A stretch of DNA of 63,874 nucleotides, filler included, from Craspedostauros australis (Eukaryota), in the NCBI GenBank assembly GCA_030167865.1. It is 10 parts of 10 records of this genome, joined end to end, with 100 filler letters (N's around TTAATTAATTAA, not from the genome) between each part and the next. Parts side by side here need not be neighbours in the genome. Positions count along the whole stretch, not along the records: positions 40,104 to 56,696 come from JALAGF010006215.1; positions 56,797 to 63,874 come from JALAGF010006216.1; 8 more parts are not named here. One strand, given 5' to 3'. This document shows positions 48,760 through 62,154 of the stretch, piece by piece. Position 1 is the stretch's first letter, and the number at the start of each line of letters is the position of its first letter. Below the pieces are notes generated by a model. It saw only the letters and a list, made by a program, of their open reading frames with translations, made no database searches and was not told the origin of the DNA. Both the position numbers and the translations under genes were made by a program.

Positions 48760-50914
48760 CTAGAAGTCGTCGACGCGGCGTCGGCCTTTGCTGCTGCTTC
48801 GTCTGCGCGAGGGGCTGCTCTTGGGTGGATCGTAGTTGCTGTCGCGCCTGCTACGGCTGCTGCTGCGACCGCCAGACGAATTCCTGCTCTTGCGGGTGCT
48901 GCTCTTGGAACGGCTCTTGCGCGATGTGGATCCGCCTCCACCGTCGTTGCCATCGCCGTCGCCTCCGCTGGACTTTTTCCTTGACCGGGATGACTTGCGC
49001 GAACGGGATGATCGGCGGCCGTCCTCATCCAGCAGACGGCGTCTCTTGGAGGATCTCGTGTCCCTGTACCTGGATCTGCGAGCGACCGCGAAGGCAAGGA
49101 AGGTAGCGATGAAGCAGATGAAGGAGATCGTGACGAATGCGTTCGCAAGCATCCTGCTTAGCGGCGTTTCGGAGGCCTGCGCCTTGGAGCTCTCGGAAGA
49201 GGACGACATGGACGCCGTGTTTTCCTCGGAGAAGTATCCCTCCAGCGGTTCACCGTACATCTTGTCACCGATGACGATGGACACGATGGTGCCCTGCGAA
49301 TGCGCGAGAGCGATGCAATCACTTTCGCAGTTGAAGGAGTCGTGCGAGTAGAATTTCCAGCATTGGTTGATGAGATCGTCCTCGTCTGTGCCCGAGTCTC
49401 CGATGAAGTAGCCATCCTGGTACGTTGGATAATCGATGCACGATGTGCAGTACTTGAACGGTTCGTAAACGTCGTTGAGCATGGTGAGGGTGTACTCTTG
49501 CGTGGCCGACCATGTGGCCTGCACATCGTCATCATAGTAGCCTCCGCCGTCGCCATTGTTATCCCCATCGTTCTTGTCGCCTGATGCAAGGGCGACGTCG
49601 CTGTACAGGCCGTAGTCGTCGAAGGTGATGCCGAGGTCTGTGTTGGGAGTGAGGCAAAGGCCGTCCGTGTAGAGGGACATCTGGAACTTGCCTTCTGCCA
49701 GCGGTTCAACGCCGGCGTAGATGTCACCATCGTCCGCCGTTCCGACGTAGAAGCAGTCGTAGTCGGTCATGTAGGCCAATCCGGCAAGCGCCACGATGTA
49801 GTCGTAGTCATCGATGGCCCAAAGATGCTTCGAGATTTGCTCGATGTATTGGTAGAACTCCTCGCGGTAGACGCCCAGGAGTTGCCAGTTGGTCTCTGGA
49901 TTGTGGCAGTCGAGACGTTCGTTTGGGGCTCCATCGTCATCGTGGTATTCATCATAGCCACCACCTTCATAATCGGGGTCGATGTACTGCGTGGGTGGGG
50001 TACGATGGGGTTAGATGCAATGTACCGAGAGAGTTGAAGGAATGGTAGAGCAGTGGTAATCGTGCGAAAGTTCATGGAAAGGCAAAAGAGTTAGACTTTC
50101 GGGCGGATGTTGACAATCGGCAATTGGAGATGTTGTCTGTGCGCTGTCAATGTCAATGTCAATTGCATCCGTCCGTCTTCACACAGATCTTCACACGTCA
50201 AACACAATGATGCGAAATGCACATATTCTCAGCGTCGTTGGCATCTGCGTCTCCATCTGCATTCATATGCCCGTTCGCATCCACATTGCGCACTGCATCG
50301 CACTTCGCCGGGCTGGATTGGCAACTTACGGCGGCCCACATCATCCATCGAGAGCAGGGCTGGTTTCCACCTTGGTTGTTGCCGTCGTCCTTGTCGTTGT
50401 TGTCATGGGAGTCACCATCTGACTTTTGGTGATCGCAATCGATGAAGCCGCCGAGCATTCTGTAGGCCTGCTGCCACATGTCGTAGTCCTGTCCTGGATC
50501 GACGTACTCCACCGCGTTGTTGCTGCCGCTGCCGCCGCCGCCACCGTACCACGCCAAGCCACGTGACACGGGATGGTCCTCCGGCATCTTGTCGAGCTCG
50601 TCCTTGGGCACCATCTCCACCGTCTGCATATCGGGCTTGTAGTTTCGCAGGATCTCCATCGTCCGTTCCTTGTTCTGTAGCTGCCGTTGTCGGCGTGCCT
50701 GTCTCTCGATCTCGCGCTCCTGCTTGGTGGGTGCTCTCTCACGAGGCGATAACGAGGCGTCGTTGGCTCTGCTCGCGACATTCTTCATTGCCGAAATGAG
50801 GGTGCGGTCGGCATTCTTGACGCCCGTCTCCCTCTCCGTTGCTCGTCCGCTAACGTTGCAGACGGATTGCGCCAGAGCGGCTGCTCCCAGAAGCACGGCT
50901 GATACTTGCACCAT
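48760..50914 (-). CDS. uncharacterised secretory-pathway type I membrane protein; join(50914..50330,49986..48760)
   Basis: Signal peptide MVQVSAVLLGAAALAQS. GTAAGT donor (50329), CTAAC branch point and GCAG acceptor (49987) join WMMWAA|YIDPDY in frame. Acidic Cys/Tyr-rich ectodomain, TM ANAFVTISFICFIATFLAFAVA and an R/S/K-rich tail. Confidence 0.85.
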
Positions 50915-53000
50915 GGTCGTTCGTTCTTCTTGCGCTTCTCTTTCCGTTCTCCCTGCGCAGATTCGTTCGCTTGTCAGCTCCTTCGCTCGTTTGTCGAAGT
51001 GGAACGGTGATAGCGCTCTCTCTCTCTCTCGTAACGCACGCGACTCTACTACGGTCCAATCCGCAATCCGCAATCCGCAGTCCGCAATCTGCTCTGCCGT
51101 TGCTAATCAATGCGATCACAGGTGTTGCCTCCGCCGACGCTTCGTCAGGCTGCTTGTTGTCTTGTCTCCTTGTGGTCTCGTCAAAGGTTGGTGCGTTGCT
51201 TGCTTGCTCCAGTGATTGATCGCTTGAATGTCGGATTGCTTTCTTGACTTCTTGGTTGCTCTGATGTCCTGTTGTCCTGCTGTCTTGGTGTCCTCCTGTG
51301 CTGATGCAAATTGAGAGCAACTTGGGTTGGGCTATGCGGACTGAGAGTGAGGGGGGTGTCTTGTTGGTGATGCTCCGGGGGGATGCTGTGACGACGCCTG
51401 TGGATGTGGAGAATGGTGGGATGTTGCGTCTTCCTTTGGTTTGGCGACAAGGAGAAGAGGTTTCTCTTGCTCTCTCTTGCTCTCTCTTGGTGGTGCTTCT
51501 CCGATGCTCTCTGCCTTGCGGCTCATCCTCGTGATGGCGAAACAGACCATGCGCGAAAACACGAGGGATGGTGGTCGCCATGGACGACGCATTCGGCCCT
51601 GTGTTCTTCGTGTTGTTGTTGTCTGTACGTGTGGTGTACTCATGTGTTGTTTTCGTAGTTCAAATCTCCTTTGCCTTGGCGATCTGCCACCGCCCGCCAG
51701 TTTTACCATTCGTGTCGTATTATTTATATCCATGTATTAATAATGTTAATAAGCGCGCGTCAGCACCGCAGTGTTGCGTGGACGTTTGTCGTGTTCAGTC
51801 TTGTAGGTTGGGGACAGTTGTATGACATGCCGAAGGGCTAAGGAAATAGCTCTCTCAACGAACCCGAATCGGAGTGAAACCAGCACCGACCGTTAGCGTT
51901 TCGCAGCTTGTGCCGCTTCTCATGTTCAGCGTTGGGCAAGACCACGAGCATGGCAGGCTATGGTGGGATACCAAAGATACGAACGTAGAAACTGAAAGTG
52001 AAGGTGACACCTCCTCTACTCCACTCAAATTTTATATGTTATTGACAATCCAGTCGAACACAGACCGTCATTCTGCTCTCTCGAGTCCATACAGTGCTCC
52101 TGCTAGACCGGACATGAACTGAGATCCGGGAAACTGGAGATTTGATTGCTCTGGGACGACCAAGATGGTGATTGTTCTTTGCTTCTCTTTTGCAGCACAG
52201 GCGGGAATACTTGCCCACTCTTGTTGATGCTAATCTGTTGCTGCGCCATGTTGTCCCCATCCACGTGCAGAATCTTCTGTTGGAAAATGGGAATGTAGTA
52301 TTATATGTGATACATAGCAATCGTTGCAACTGCCACTACTCGTTCTGTTCCTCCATTCGGATATGCTCGACGAAAGAGTGGAGCAATACCAGTTGGATGT
52401 TCTCATTGTTGCTGTGGACTTGACTGTGCGTTTGTCTCCCGTTCGAGAGAGAGAGAGAGAGAGGAGGCATGGACCTGAAATATTGTATCATATTCCTCCG
52501 TTCCGAAATGATTTCCACTTATCTTTTTTGCGACATGTGTTGAGACACCAACGACGTCATCAAAAGTGGGGGTTGCGGTAACCAAATTGCCTGTTTTTAG
52601 TGAATCTTCCTTCCTTCGAAACTCACTCGCTCGCTCGCCACTGGTCTCTGACAGTGCCAGGTACCACGACAGCAGAATGCGATACCATTCTGTGCGTCGC
52701 TCCGACAGGCTTTTATCATCGATGCGTTCCGTCCCTCTGTTCGTGGATGTCTTCCCGCAATTCTGTGTCGTGACGTCACATCAGGTGTTCGAAACCGTTC
52801 ATAATTGTGGATTTTCTTTTGTTTTGGATGAGGCAGCTGTCAGAAATGTGCCAAAATACAAATAATGACAGCGCGAATTGGTCGAAGTTAGTATTTTTGC
52901 GTATTTTTAGTTGGCTNNNNNNNNNNNNNNNNNNNNNNNNNNNNNNNNNNNNNNNNNNNNNNNNNNNNNNNNNNNNNNNNNNNNNNNNNNNNNNNNNNNN

Positions 53001-54470
53001 ATGATGACAGATGCTGATGGAGGCACCTCGGCTGCCACAGACCTAGATCATCACATCTCCAATACTCTAAATCCACCATTAGTATTATCTCAAACACACC
53101 ACACTTGCACAATAGTGACAAGTGATGGCTTTTTCACATGTCACGTGAATCTTTCATTACTTCCTCTCTTCGCAAGTGCTCAGGGACATCGCATTCCGTC
53201 GCATTCACAGTATCTTCCCTCAACGTCTTTGCCCATGCTCTCCATTCTTGCTTCCTTCTTCCTTCCATCATGGCTTCAACAATGGTAGCGCCATGCTCTT
53301 GTTGATGCCTCCCTCATCTCTGCGTGGCTCAGTTGGACGTGGTTCCCCTCATGTGGGATGACCTCAAGACTACCACCGACGGTGAATTCTACAATTTTCT
53401 CAACAGTGATGATGACTTCTTCCATGTCCAATTGGTGCATTGATGTGGCAATCTCGTCCATGTCCATGGCAGGTGGAAGCTTTGATCATGGTTTCATGCT
53501 TGTGAAGATGATGGCAACGATGATTGGGTCGCCAACTTCCAGGCCTGCAAGTTCCGCATGTATCTGCACCACTTCACCACTGTTCCAAGTGCCAATGGCA
53601 TCACTNNNNNNNNNNNNNNNNNNNNNNNNNNNNNNNNNNNNNNNNNNNNNNNNNNCTGATGGAGGCACCTCGGCTGCCACAGACCTAGATCATCACATCT
53701 CCAATACTCTAAATCCACCATTAGTACCATCTCAAACACGCCACACTCGCACAATAGTGACAAGTGATGGCTTTTTCACGTGTCACGTGAATCTTTCATT
53801 ACTTCCTCTCTTCGCAAGTGCTCAGGGACATNNNNNNNNNNNNNNNNNNNNNNNNNNNNNNNNNNNNNNNNNNNNNNNNNNNNNNNNNNNNNNNNNNNNN
53901 NNNNNNNNNNNNNNNNNNNNNNNNNNNNNNNNGCCATGCTCTTGTTGATGCCTCCCTCATCTCTGCGTGGCTCAGTTGGACGTGGTTCCCCTCATGTGGG
54001 ATGACCTCAAGACTACCACCGATGGTGAATTCTACAATTTGCTCAACAGTGATGATGACTTGTTCCATGCCCAATTGGTGCATTGATGTGGCAATCTCGT
54101 CCATGTCCATGGCAGGTGGAAGCTTTGATCATGGTTTCATGCTTGTGGAGATGATGGCGACGACGATTGGGTCGCCAACTTCCAGGCCTGCAAGTTCTGC
54201 ATGTATCTGCACCACTTCACCACTGTTCCAAGTGCCAATGGCATCACTCTGCCAACATGCATTGCGCCACCACCAGATCCCNCACTTGATGCAGTTGACA
54301 CCACTGCAGACAGTGATGCCAGGATTTCTAAGGCTCCTGCCAACAATGATGTCCCTGCGAATGAGGCTACCAATGTTGGAATGTGCATATGTGTATGTGC
54401 ATCGCTCACTCATTGTTCTCTTATACTATATGCACAGACAGCGCAACTACATTCATGTTGATAGTGAACT
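53001..54470 (-). pseudogene. degenerate coding relic, probably TE-derived, present twice across N gaps
   Basis: A stop-interrupted frame (DAIGTWNSGEVV...SMKP*SKLPPAMDMDE...AWRYHC*) in TG/CA-rich, CG-poor sequence. 53001-53605 is near-identical to 53656-54245. Confidence 0.4.
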
Positions 54471-54753
54471 GTGATTGATCGAAATCACATCACGAATTCG
54501 GACACACAAAAACCACCAACATTTTGGGGAAATTTGTGANNNNNNNNNNNNNNNNNNNNNNNNNNNNNNNNNNNNNNNNNNNNNNNNNNNNNNNNNNNNN
54601 NNNNNNNNNNNNNNNNNNNNNNNNNNNNNNNNNNNNNNNNNNNNNNNNNNNNNNNNNNNNNNNNNNNNNNNNNNNNNNNNNNNNNNNNNNNNNNNNNNNN
54701 NNNNNNNNNNNNNNNNNNNNNNNNNNNNNNNNNNNNNNNNNNNNNNNNNNNNN

Positions 54754-56696
54754 GGCAGCTGTCTCCACATCAGATCAAGAAGGCAAAGATTCAATGGCCA
54801 AGAAATATCAAGATCGTAGATATACAAGGAGGAGTTTAGACAAAACATTGGCGAATACTCGCAGAGTAGTGGGCCAGTAGAGGACAAGACGGCTGAGCAT
54901 GTGTCAAATACAGATCACATATCAAGTACGAAATATTGCTTGTTGTGGATGCGAAATATCAAGAGAGAGAGAGAATACGAGTAATGGCGAGAGAGTATCT
55001 TGTGCGCCAACTCATAGTCAGAGAGAGAGACACCAAGAGCATCAGAGGAGCAATGTCATGAAATAGCAATTGTCATCATAACAGCCATCACTGTCTTCCA
55101 CGATTGCAAGGTATCCGTCTACGGAACTTTCCAACACGTTTATAAACAATAGATCAGGGCAAGCCCGCGGATCAGATCGTGCGAAGAAGACCACATCATT
55201 CAAGAGCAGCACGCTGAATTAGTGAGGAAGAGGAATTGAAAGCCATCCCTCTGTCCAACCCAACTATCAAACAAGAAGAAGGTGCAAGTGAGACTCCACT
55301 TCAACCACAGAAGGAAGCAGGTGCACCNNNNNNNNNNNNNNNNNNNNNNNNNNNNNNNNNNNNNNNNNNNNNNNNNNGAAGGTGCAAGTGAGACTCCACT
55401 TCAACCACAGAAGGAAGCAGGTGCACCCACTGTCCTCTCTAGCACAGAAGGAAGCGCGATCAACGAGACCAATGAGGAACGGTTTGCGAGACTACAACTT
55501 GTGCAGAAAAGCATTCTCACAAATATGAAGCAAGAAGAGACAGGTGTGGCGAAGAGCATTCGCACGGCCAAACAGAGCAGAGAAAGTGAGACAACACGAG
55601 GAGGAGAATTTGTGACGAAAGACATCTCCGCGGAAACACGAGCGAAAATTGAAAAGTGATCACACAGAAACAAACGGAGATCGCAAGCGTGCGCGTAACA
55701 TCAACGAAGCAACGGAGTAGCATGGCGACATCAGCCAACGTGGACAAGCAACCCATCAAGGCGCCGCTATTCAGTGGTAGTCAGGAGGACTACAATGCCT
55801 GGGAGTCCCAAGCGAAGGCGTACACGCGTGCGCAGAGAACAAGAGATGTGATGTTGGGGAAGACAAAGATCCCAACTAAGAGCGAAATCGGAGCTGCCAC
55901 AGAAGCAGACAAGGAAGTATTGGAGGAGCCCTACGAGCTGGCAGCCAACTGCTTCAGCAATCTGATCCTNATGATGGATGCAGAGAAGGGTACAGGCAAG
56001 CAAGCCATCCAATACAACAACCAATGCATCTCCAACATATTCCCTGAGGGGAACCCACATGAGGTGTGGAAACTTCTCACGGAGAAGTACAAGCCGTCCG
56101 ATGTCGCCACCAAGATCAAGCTCAAGAGGCAGTTCAACAACAAGAAGATGAGGAAGGACACTGATCCAGATGTCTACATTGCATGGCTCAAGCTACTGCA
56201 CTCCCGCCTTCAAGACGTTGGGTACAAGATCAGCAACAAGGAAATGATCATGCAGATCCTCAGCACAGTGAGTGCCGAGTACAAAGCACAAGTCATCAAC
56301 TTCGAACATCAACTCACATTCAACCCAACTGTCGTCACAATCAACACAATCAGAGCACTACTTCGCACAGCATACACAACCAACCAAGGAGGGAAGGCCT
56401 NNNNNNACGAATTTCAAGACAGCAGCATGAAGACTAACGACGCTGGCTTTGCGAGCACCAGCAACTTCAAGGGAATCTGCCACAACTGTGGTGTGTATGG
56501 TCATTGATCTGCGAATTGTCCCAAACAGAAGAAGGCAAACAACAAGAAAAATGCCAACAATAACAGAAAGAACGGAAACCGAAACAATAAAGGCAAGGGA
56601 AGCAGATTCAATGGAAAGTGCCACTACTGCAGCATCATCGGACATCGCGAGGTAGAGTGCCGAAAGAAGAAGTTCAACAAAAAGAAGAAGGCCAAC
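54754..56696 (+). mobile_element. Ty1/copia element 5' part: probable LTR end (~55136), leader and gag with two CCHC zinc knuckles
   Basis: gag from ATG 55722: PLFSGSQEDYNAW...VWKLLTEKY...DPDVYI, then CHNCGVYGH*SANC (TGA at 56505-56507) and CHYCSIIGHREVEC. Candidate LTR end TTTCCAACA. Confidence 0.85.
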
Positions 56697-56796
56697 NNNN
56701 NNNNNNNNNNNNNNNNNNNNNNNNNNNNNNNNNNNNNNNNTTAATTAATTAANNNNNNNNNNNNNNNNNNNNNNNNNNNNNNNNNNNNNNNNNNNN
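56697..56796. other. artificial scaffold linker
   Basis: 44 N + TTAATTAATTAA + 44 N. Confidence 0.97.
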
Positions 56797-59700
56797 CGTC
56801 ATGCGCTTGATGTCTTGGATACGCCTCTCTGCGGCGTTCTGGTGCTGGTGCTCCGGTTCGCTCTGATGATCAGCGATGGAGTACTGTCGGAGGATGTCTT
56901 GCACCTTGAATCCGATCTCGGATTTCGCGTTGTCGGACATCAGGAGGTCAGGAGCTCCGTGACGCCGGATGAAGTCTTGGAGAGTGGAAGCGANNNNNNN
57001 NNNNNNNNNNNNNNNNNNNNNNNNNNNNNNNNNNNNNNNNNNNNNNNNNNNNNNNNNNNNNNNNNNNNNNNNNNNNNNNNNNNNNNNNNNNNNNNNNNNN
57101 NNNNNNNNNNNNNNNNNNNNNNNNNNNNNNNNNNNNNNNNNNNNNNNNCTGTCCACGTTCGCGGCAGGGAATCTGGTCTTGAAGTGCTTCCTCATGGTGA
57201 ACCGCTCGGAGGTGCGGTACCATTGGGACGTGCACTTGAGAGTGTCTTGAACTCTTCTGGCCGGGATCCATCCGAAGTACGGACGGAGGGCCTCATAGTC
57301 GATCGTCGGCTTTGTGCGAGTGATAGCGCCTTGGTTTGGGGCACCGGTCTCACTGGTGAACACTTCGATGGAGTCCGGTGAGTGGACGCCGTCGTCTGGN
57401 NNNNNNNNNNNNNNNNNNNNNNNNNNNNNNNNNNNNNNNNNNNNNNNNNCATTGGGACGTGCACTTGAGAGTGTCTTGGACTCTTCTGGCCGGGATCCAT
57501 CCGAAGTACGGACGGAGGGCCTCATAGTCGATCTTCGGCTTCACGCGAGTGATAGCGCCCTGCTTTGGGGCACCAGTCTCACTGGTGAACACTTCGATGG
57601 AGTCCGGTGAGTGGACGCCGTCGTCTGGGGCACCATCGGAGGTCCCGTCCAGCAAAGTGAACTCGTGGTCGAGAGTGGATGGGTCCCACTCTTCGTCGGC
57701 AGTGAAGTCCACGTGAGGGTACATGTCAATCTCCTTGCGTGTGGGAGGCCTCATGTCCATGTAGGACAGGCCCTGTCGGATGGAGAGAGGTATCACATGC
57801 CCATCAGGCACGACGATTGTCTGTCTCCCTCCGGGGAGTTCGCGAGGACGCTCGTTGACATCGAGACCGAAGGCACCGAGCTGATTCGTCGAGTGAATCG
57901 TCTTGCCCTTGCCATAGAGGGCGTATTGGTGGAACTTCGCGATGACAGGTCCCTCGGTGGACATGACGAGTCCAGCAACTGTTCCGATGTCCAGGTTGAC
58001 GATTGCGGTTTCTCCAATTCCGCTGATGTCGGCGGTATGGTTGGTACGGCTGATGATAGTCACATCATCGCCTGCCAATCCTCCATTCGCACCGCTGTCG
58101 ATCAGGGAACCGGACTTCGCAACATCGGTCTTGTTGAAGCTGTATTGCAGGACTGTGGCCTGGACAGCACGGTAGATCTTGCCCTGGATGGTGATTTCGT
58201 CGGAAGTGTTGGCGTTGGTCGTGGCATTGGCCAACATGCGCTTGATGGCATCGCCAGGAAGGTCGTCAGAACCGGCGTTGCCGGAGGTTGAGGTGGACTT
58301 GGTTTGCCCACCACCCCCATTGCCAGCGGTGGATGTCTTGTTGGCCTGTCTGTTCGATGCATCCCTGGTGTACTTGGGGTCCCAAGTACCCTTGGACNNN
58401 NNNNNNNNNNNNNNNNNNNNNNNNNNNNNNNNNNNNNNNNNNNNNNNTTCCATTCGTTGTCTGGGATTCGCTTGTTCGTGTTCTTGTTCTTGGATTGGTT
58501 GGTCTTCTTCTCGTTGTTACTTGCTTCCTTGCTTGTGTTGTTGACCCTACGCTTGGTCTTGTTGCGTGGAACACGGAGGTCGTTGCGCTGTGCGGATCTT
58601 CGAACAACGCCAAGGAAGGCATCGAAGTCCAACCTGAAGTTGGTCTTTCCTGTTGCCAACGCCAAGTTGCTCTGGAGAGCATCGGCGTCGTCAAGGGAAC
58701 GGAAGAGGTCAGCATCAGGGGTGATGGCCTCCTTGAGCCACTGNAGCTTCCAGTCCTCAGAGACAGGNGCATCCTGNATCTCTTCNAGGTCGTTGATCTT
58801 GCTGAGCCAGCTGTTCANGAAGGCTTCGCGGCTGCCGTTCCAGGAGTGGTTCAGCTTGAGGTTTCGGATCTCCTCCTGGATCAGTTGGGCCTTGTTGGCT
58901 GCGGCCACTCCGGTCGCGTACTCCTCACGGAGCATGGTATACACCCCATGGCCATTCTCGTCATCGGCGTATGCCTGGAGACAGTTGCGGCTCTTCGTGG
59001 TCCTGAGGCAGTGGGTCAAGACGTAGAAGAGGAAGGTGCGCTGTTTGTCGAACAGCTCAGACTCATCTTGGGTCGGGAGGTACTCGGTGTCCACGACGTT
59101 CTTCACACCGTGCGCTGCAGCGGTGGCTCGGAGACGTCGGTCGAAGACCATGAACTGGTCATCGCTCTTCAGGATTGGATAGTCGCTGAGATTCCGCTTG
59201 ATGCCCTTGTCGAAGGCAGCGGCTCCATCAGAGACATGTTCAGGAGGTGGTGGTGGTGTCACCATGGACGACATGGTGGGTTCGGGTGTCGGTGTGGAGG
59301 CATCCATGCGCTTCTTGAGTTCGGTTCTCATGAAGCTCTGGAGCCTCGCAGCATTCAGGTTAAGCCAGACAGAGTCGCCGTCGTCAGCTTGCGCGTCATA
59401 CCACATTGGGAGTGCGAAGATCTTGCGAATGTGCAACGCAGTCAATCGACATGAGTATGGGTCTCCCGAGGTGGGAGTGATGTCGCGATGAAGACCGTCG
59501 AGGTCTTCCTTGGTGAGGAAGGTGAGGTCGTCAACATTCTCCACCGCTGCGTCGATGATAACGTGGCGATGGTCGGAGTCGTCGGAGATACCCACGGCCT
59601 TGAGGACGTGGTTCAGTACGGTGATGGGGTCGGTGGGTTCTGTCATCTTGTTCGGTTCGTCACAGAGAAGCGGATACGCTGTGCTCGGTGTGTTCAGTTT

Positions 59701-61087
59701 GTTCGGTTCGTCACGGAGAAGCGGATACGCTGTGCTCGGTGTGTTCAGTTTGCGCTGCCTTGGGAGGCTCTTGTTGTTGTTTGGTTCCTGCTTCACGTCG
59801 TCACGTGATGCAATCGGTTCGGTGCTGATGGGATCAGCTCGGTGGTTTGGAGGGGGGTTCACTCAGTCAGGTCAGGACGTAGTGCTTGCGACAGTTAATC
59901 TGTTATCTCGTTATCGTACACAGCGAAATCACACGAGTCCTTCAAGAGAGATCAAGTCTTTCAGGACGAGGGTGACAAGCTGGTGAGTGAAGACACTGTT
60001 TGGGTTGAGTGACTTCTGGTCTTATGTTATCTTCATTGAGTTGTATCTCATGTTGCTGTCTTCAAGGTCAGTTCTCAGTCATTGCACCTCGAATCCGATC
60101 TTGTTCTGATGTGGAGATGACCCATGATGTGGCGATGATGTCTTCTGTGTCAACGTCACTCGTCACTGTTCCATGGCTCTGTCGATTCCACATTCCATTG
60201 ATGATGCTTGAGGTTGTCGAGTGTGTTGTCATTTCAGGTTTAGTTGGGAAGTATATCAGGTCGGATTGGACATCACATGTTTGCCGGGCAATGGCCAGAC
60301 CGAATCTCTGATGTTCTCTCTAGTGTGTCCCTCTTATGCCGAAAATCATGTGTCGGAGTAAAGCATCGTTTCAGCACATATCGGGACAGACTAATCAGAA
60401 AACGAATCAGGTGAATAAAGCATTGTGCTAATAGTAGGCATCTGTCGCGGTGGCGACACAGGGCGTCCTGTTGTTCTTAGATGCTTCTCTCCTCATTCAT
60501 CATGCTCTGTTCTTGCTTCCTTGTCTTGGCATCGTTGTTGCTTGCCTCTGCATCGTCGTAGCTGTCTATGCTCGCATGGTAGGAATCTGCAGTCCTGAGT
60601 ACTTGCCTATCATCTGCTTTCGCTGTTGATCTCATGACGCCATCGTCCCACGATCGATGTCAGCCTTGGTGATGTTCCAAACCTGCGGCTGTTCTGATCC
60701 TTTCCGATGTTCCAAACCTGCAGATGTTCTTGTCCGCAGGAGAGGCATGTGCTGTCCTCTGAAGAAGGTGCGTCACTTGCCCATGGACATGTTGTTCTGA
60801 TCGACGTCGTCGTCTGGATGGTTGCCACGGTCGGCGTGGTATCGGGACCTCCTGATCCGCCGTGGGTGTCTTCCTTACATTACCAGAAGACAGGCTATCC
60901 TCCTCGCGGTTATACAGGTATCAATCGCGTCCGTATCCTTAGTCATAGTCATAATGACATGGTATACAAAGGTGTGACAAATAGTCTCCGAACATGTGAC
61001 GAATAATATTCAAAGCTGTGACGAATAATATTGGGAGGTGCGGCAATCACGGGTATTCCGACAAAGTCGTACCCTCAATTCCTAACA
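56797..61087 (-). mobile_element. Ty1/copia (CoDi-like) element: 5' LTR region, gag, protease, integrase (partial)
   Basis: LTR-like start TGTTAGGAATTGAGGGTACG at 61087(-). gag ATG at 59646 (FDKGIKRNLSDYP, ATAAAHGVKNV), SLIDSGANGG, LRPYFGWIP, LMSDNAKSE and SEPEHQHQNAAERRIQDIKR. Clearly homologous to, but diverged from, the 380-3101/28583-31324 family. Confidence 0.92.
59648..59752. repeat. 51-bp tandem duplication in the gag leader
   Basis: TTGTTCGGTTCGTCAC(A/G)GAGAAGCGGATACGCTGTGCTCGGTGTGTTCAGT starts at 59648 and 59699, with one mismatch. Confidence 0.95.
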
Positions 61088-61463
61088 ATGATACTCGTCA
61101 GTAATTAAATGTGGACTATGTCACAGTAGTGTGAAGGGTGTTGACGGATCGTATTAGCACAACGAGTTGAAGTTCATCTAAAGAACAGACTACTTCCACT
61201 TAGTGTGTCCAGTGTCGCACCATGAAATTGTTTTTGGCGCGTCAATTATGGCGCGAAACCTTCCGTCAACAAATACGGAAAATCCTCCTTCCCTCTTCCT
61301 TCCACACTCATTTCTGAAGCATTGTTGACTCAAAACCACTCGATCCGCTGGACTCAATACACTCCGGGAAATATGCTCCTCTGAATCCTTGTGTCACAGC
61401 TAATCTCGATTCCATTGTCAGCCATGCCAGCTAACAACTCTACACGACAACAACAAGGAGATT

Positions 61464-62154
61464 TGTTGAGAAATCCGGGTAACCCAGCCTTATTAGTTGT
61501 ATCTGATTACCTATTCCTGTTGTTGCATTCTCAGAACTGTGAGCATAACATCTCCATCTCTTTCAATTCCATTTGCCATAGCATGCATAATCCATGGTAG
61601 TATCATGAGATTCTGCTGTATTCATCATGTCATGCAGCAGGGACTTCATGTACATTTCATCATGCATCTCATCATGCACTTCATCGTGTATTTCGTTTCG
61701 CCCTACATTCTTGCAGTACGAGTCTGCAGCCGTGCATCCATCTTGTCACAGGTTTTGTCTCGAAACCCGTGACACTTTTGAATCTTTCTGATGTTCCAAA
61801 CCTGCGGCTATTCTTGTCCGCAAGAGGGCACGTGCTTCGTTTCTCCTGATGGGGTGATCACAGACCTGCTGGTCATCGATGTTTCTCCCATGACGTCGTC
61901 GTTTGATCTGTCGCATCATCATGTTTGATGTTGGGACATTCTGTCTTGCGTTGTCATGGTTTTTCTTGTTTGAGGAGGACAGGCTTGTTTTCTTGTTACG
62001 ACTGAGATCAGTCACGTTTATCTTGAGTCACGGGGTCGAGTCACGTATGTGATGAGTCTCGGGTTTGAGTCACGTATGTGAGTCACGGATGATGTTATTG
62101 GGAGGTGCGGCAATCATGGGTATCTTGGTAAAAGCGTACCCTCGATTCCTGACG
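61464..62154 (-). repeat. LTR (691 bp) of the same family as 36354-37477, truncating an RT remnant
   Basis: (C)GTCAGGAATCGAGGGTACG...GGTTACCCGGATTTCTCAACA. It begins directly after RT residues HVPMWNKDHP. Confidence 0.78.

Noticed and set aside
59930..59980. LTR 3' end and primer-binding site of the 56797-61087 element
   Set aside because: TTTCAGGACGAGGGTGAC resembles the inverted LTR terminus, but there is no clean CA end or TGG-type PBS, so I did not call a boundary.
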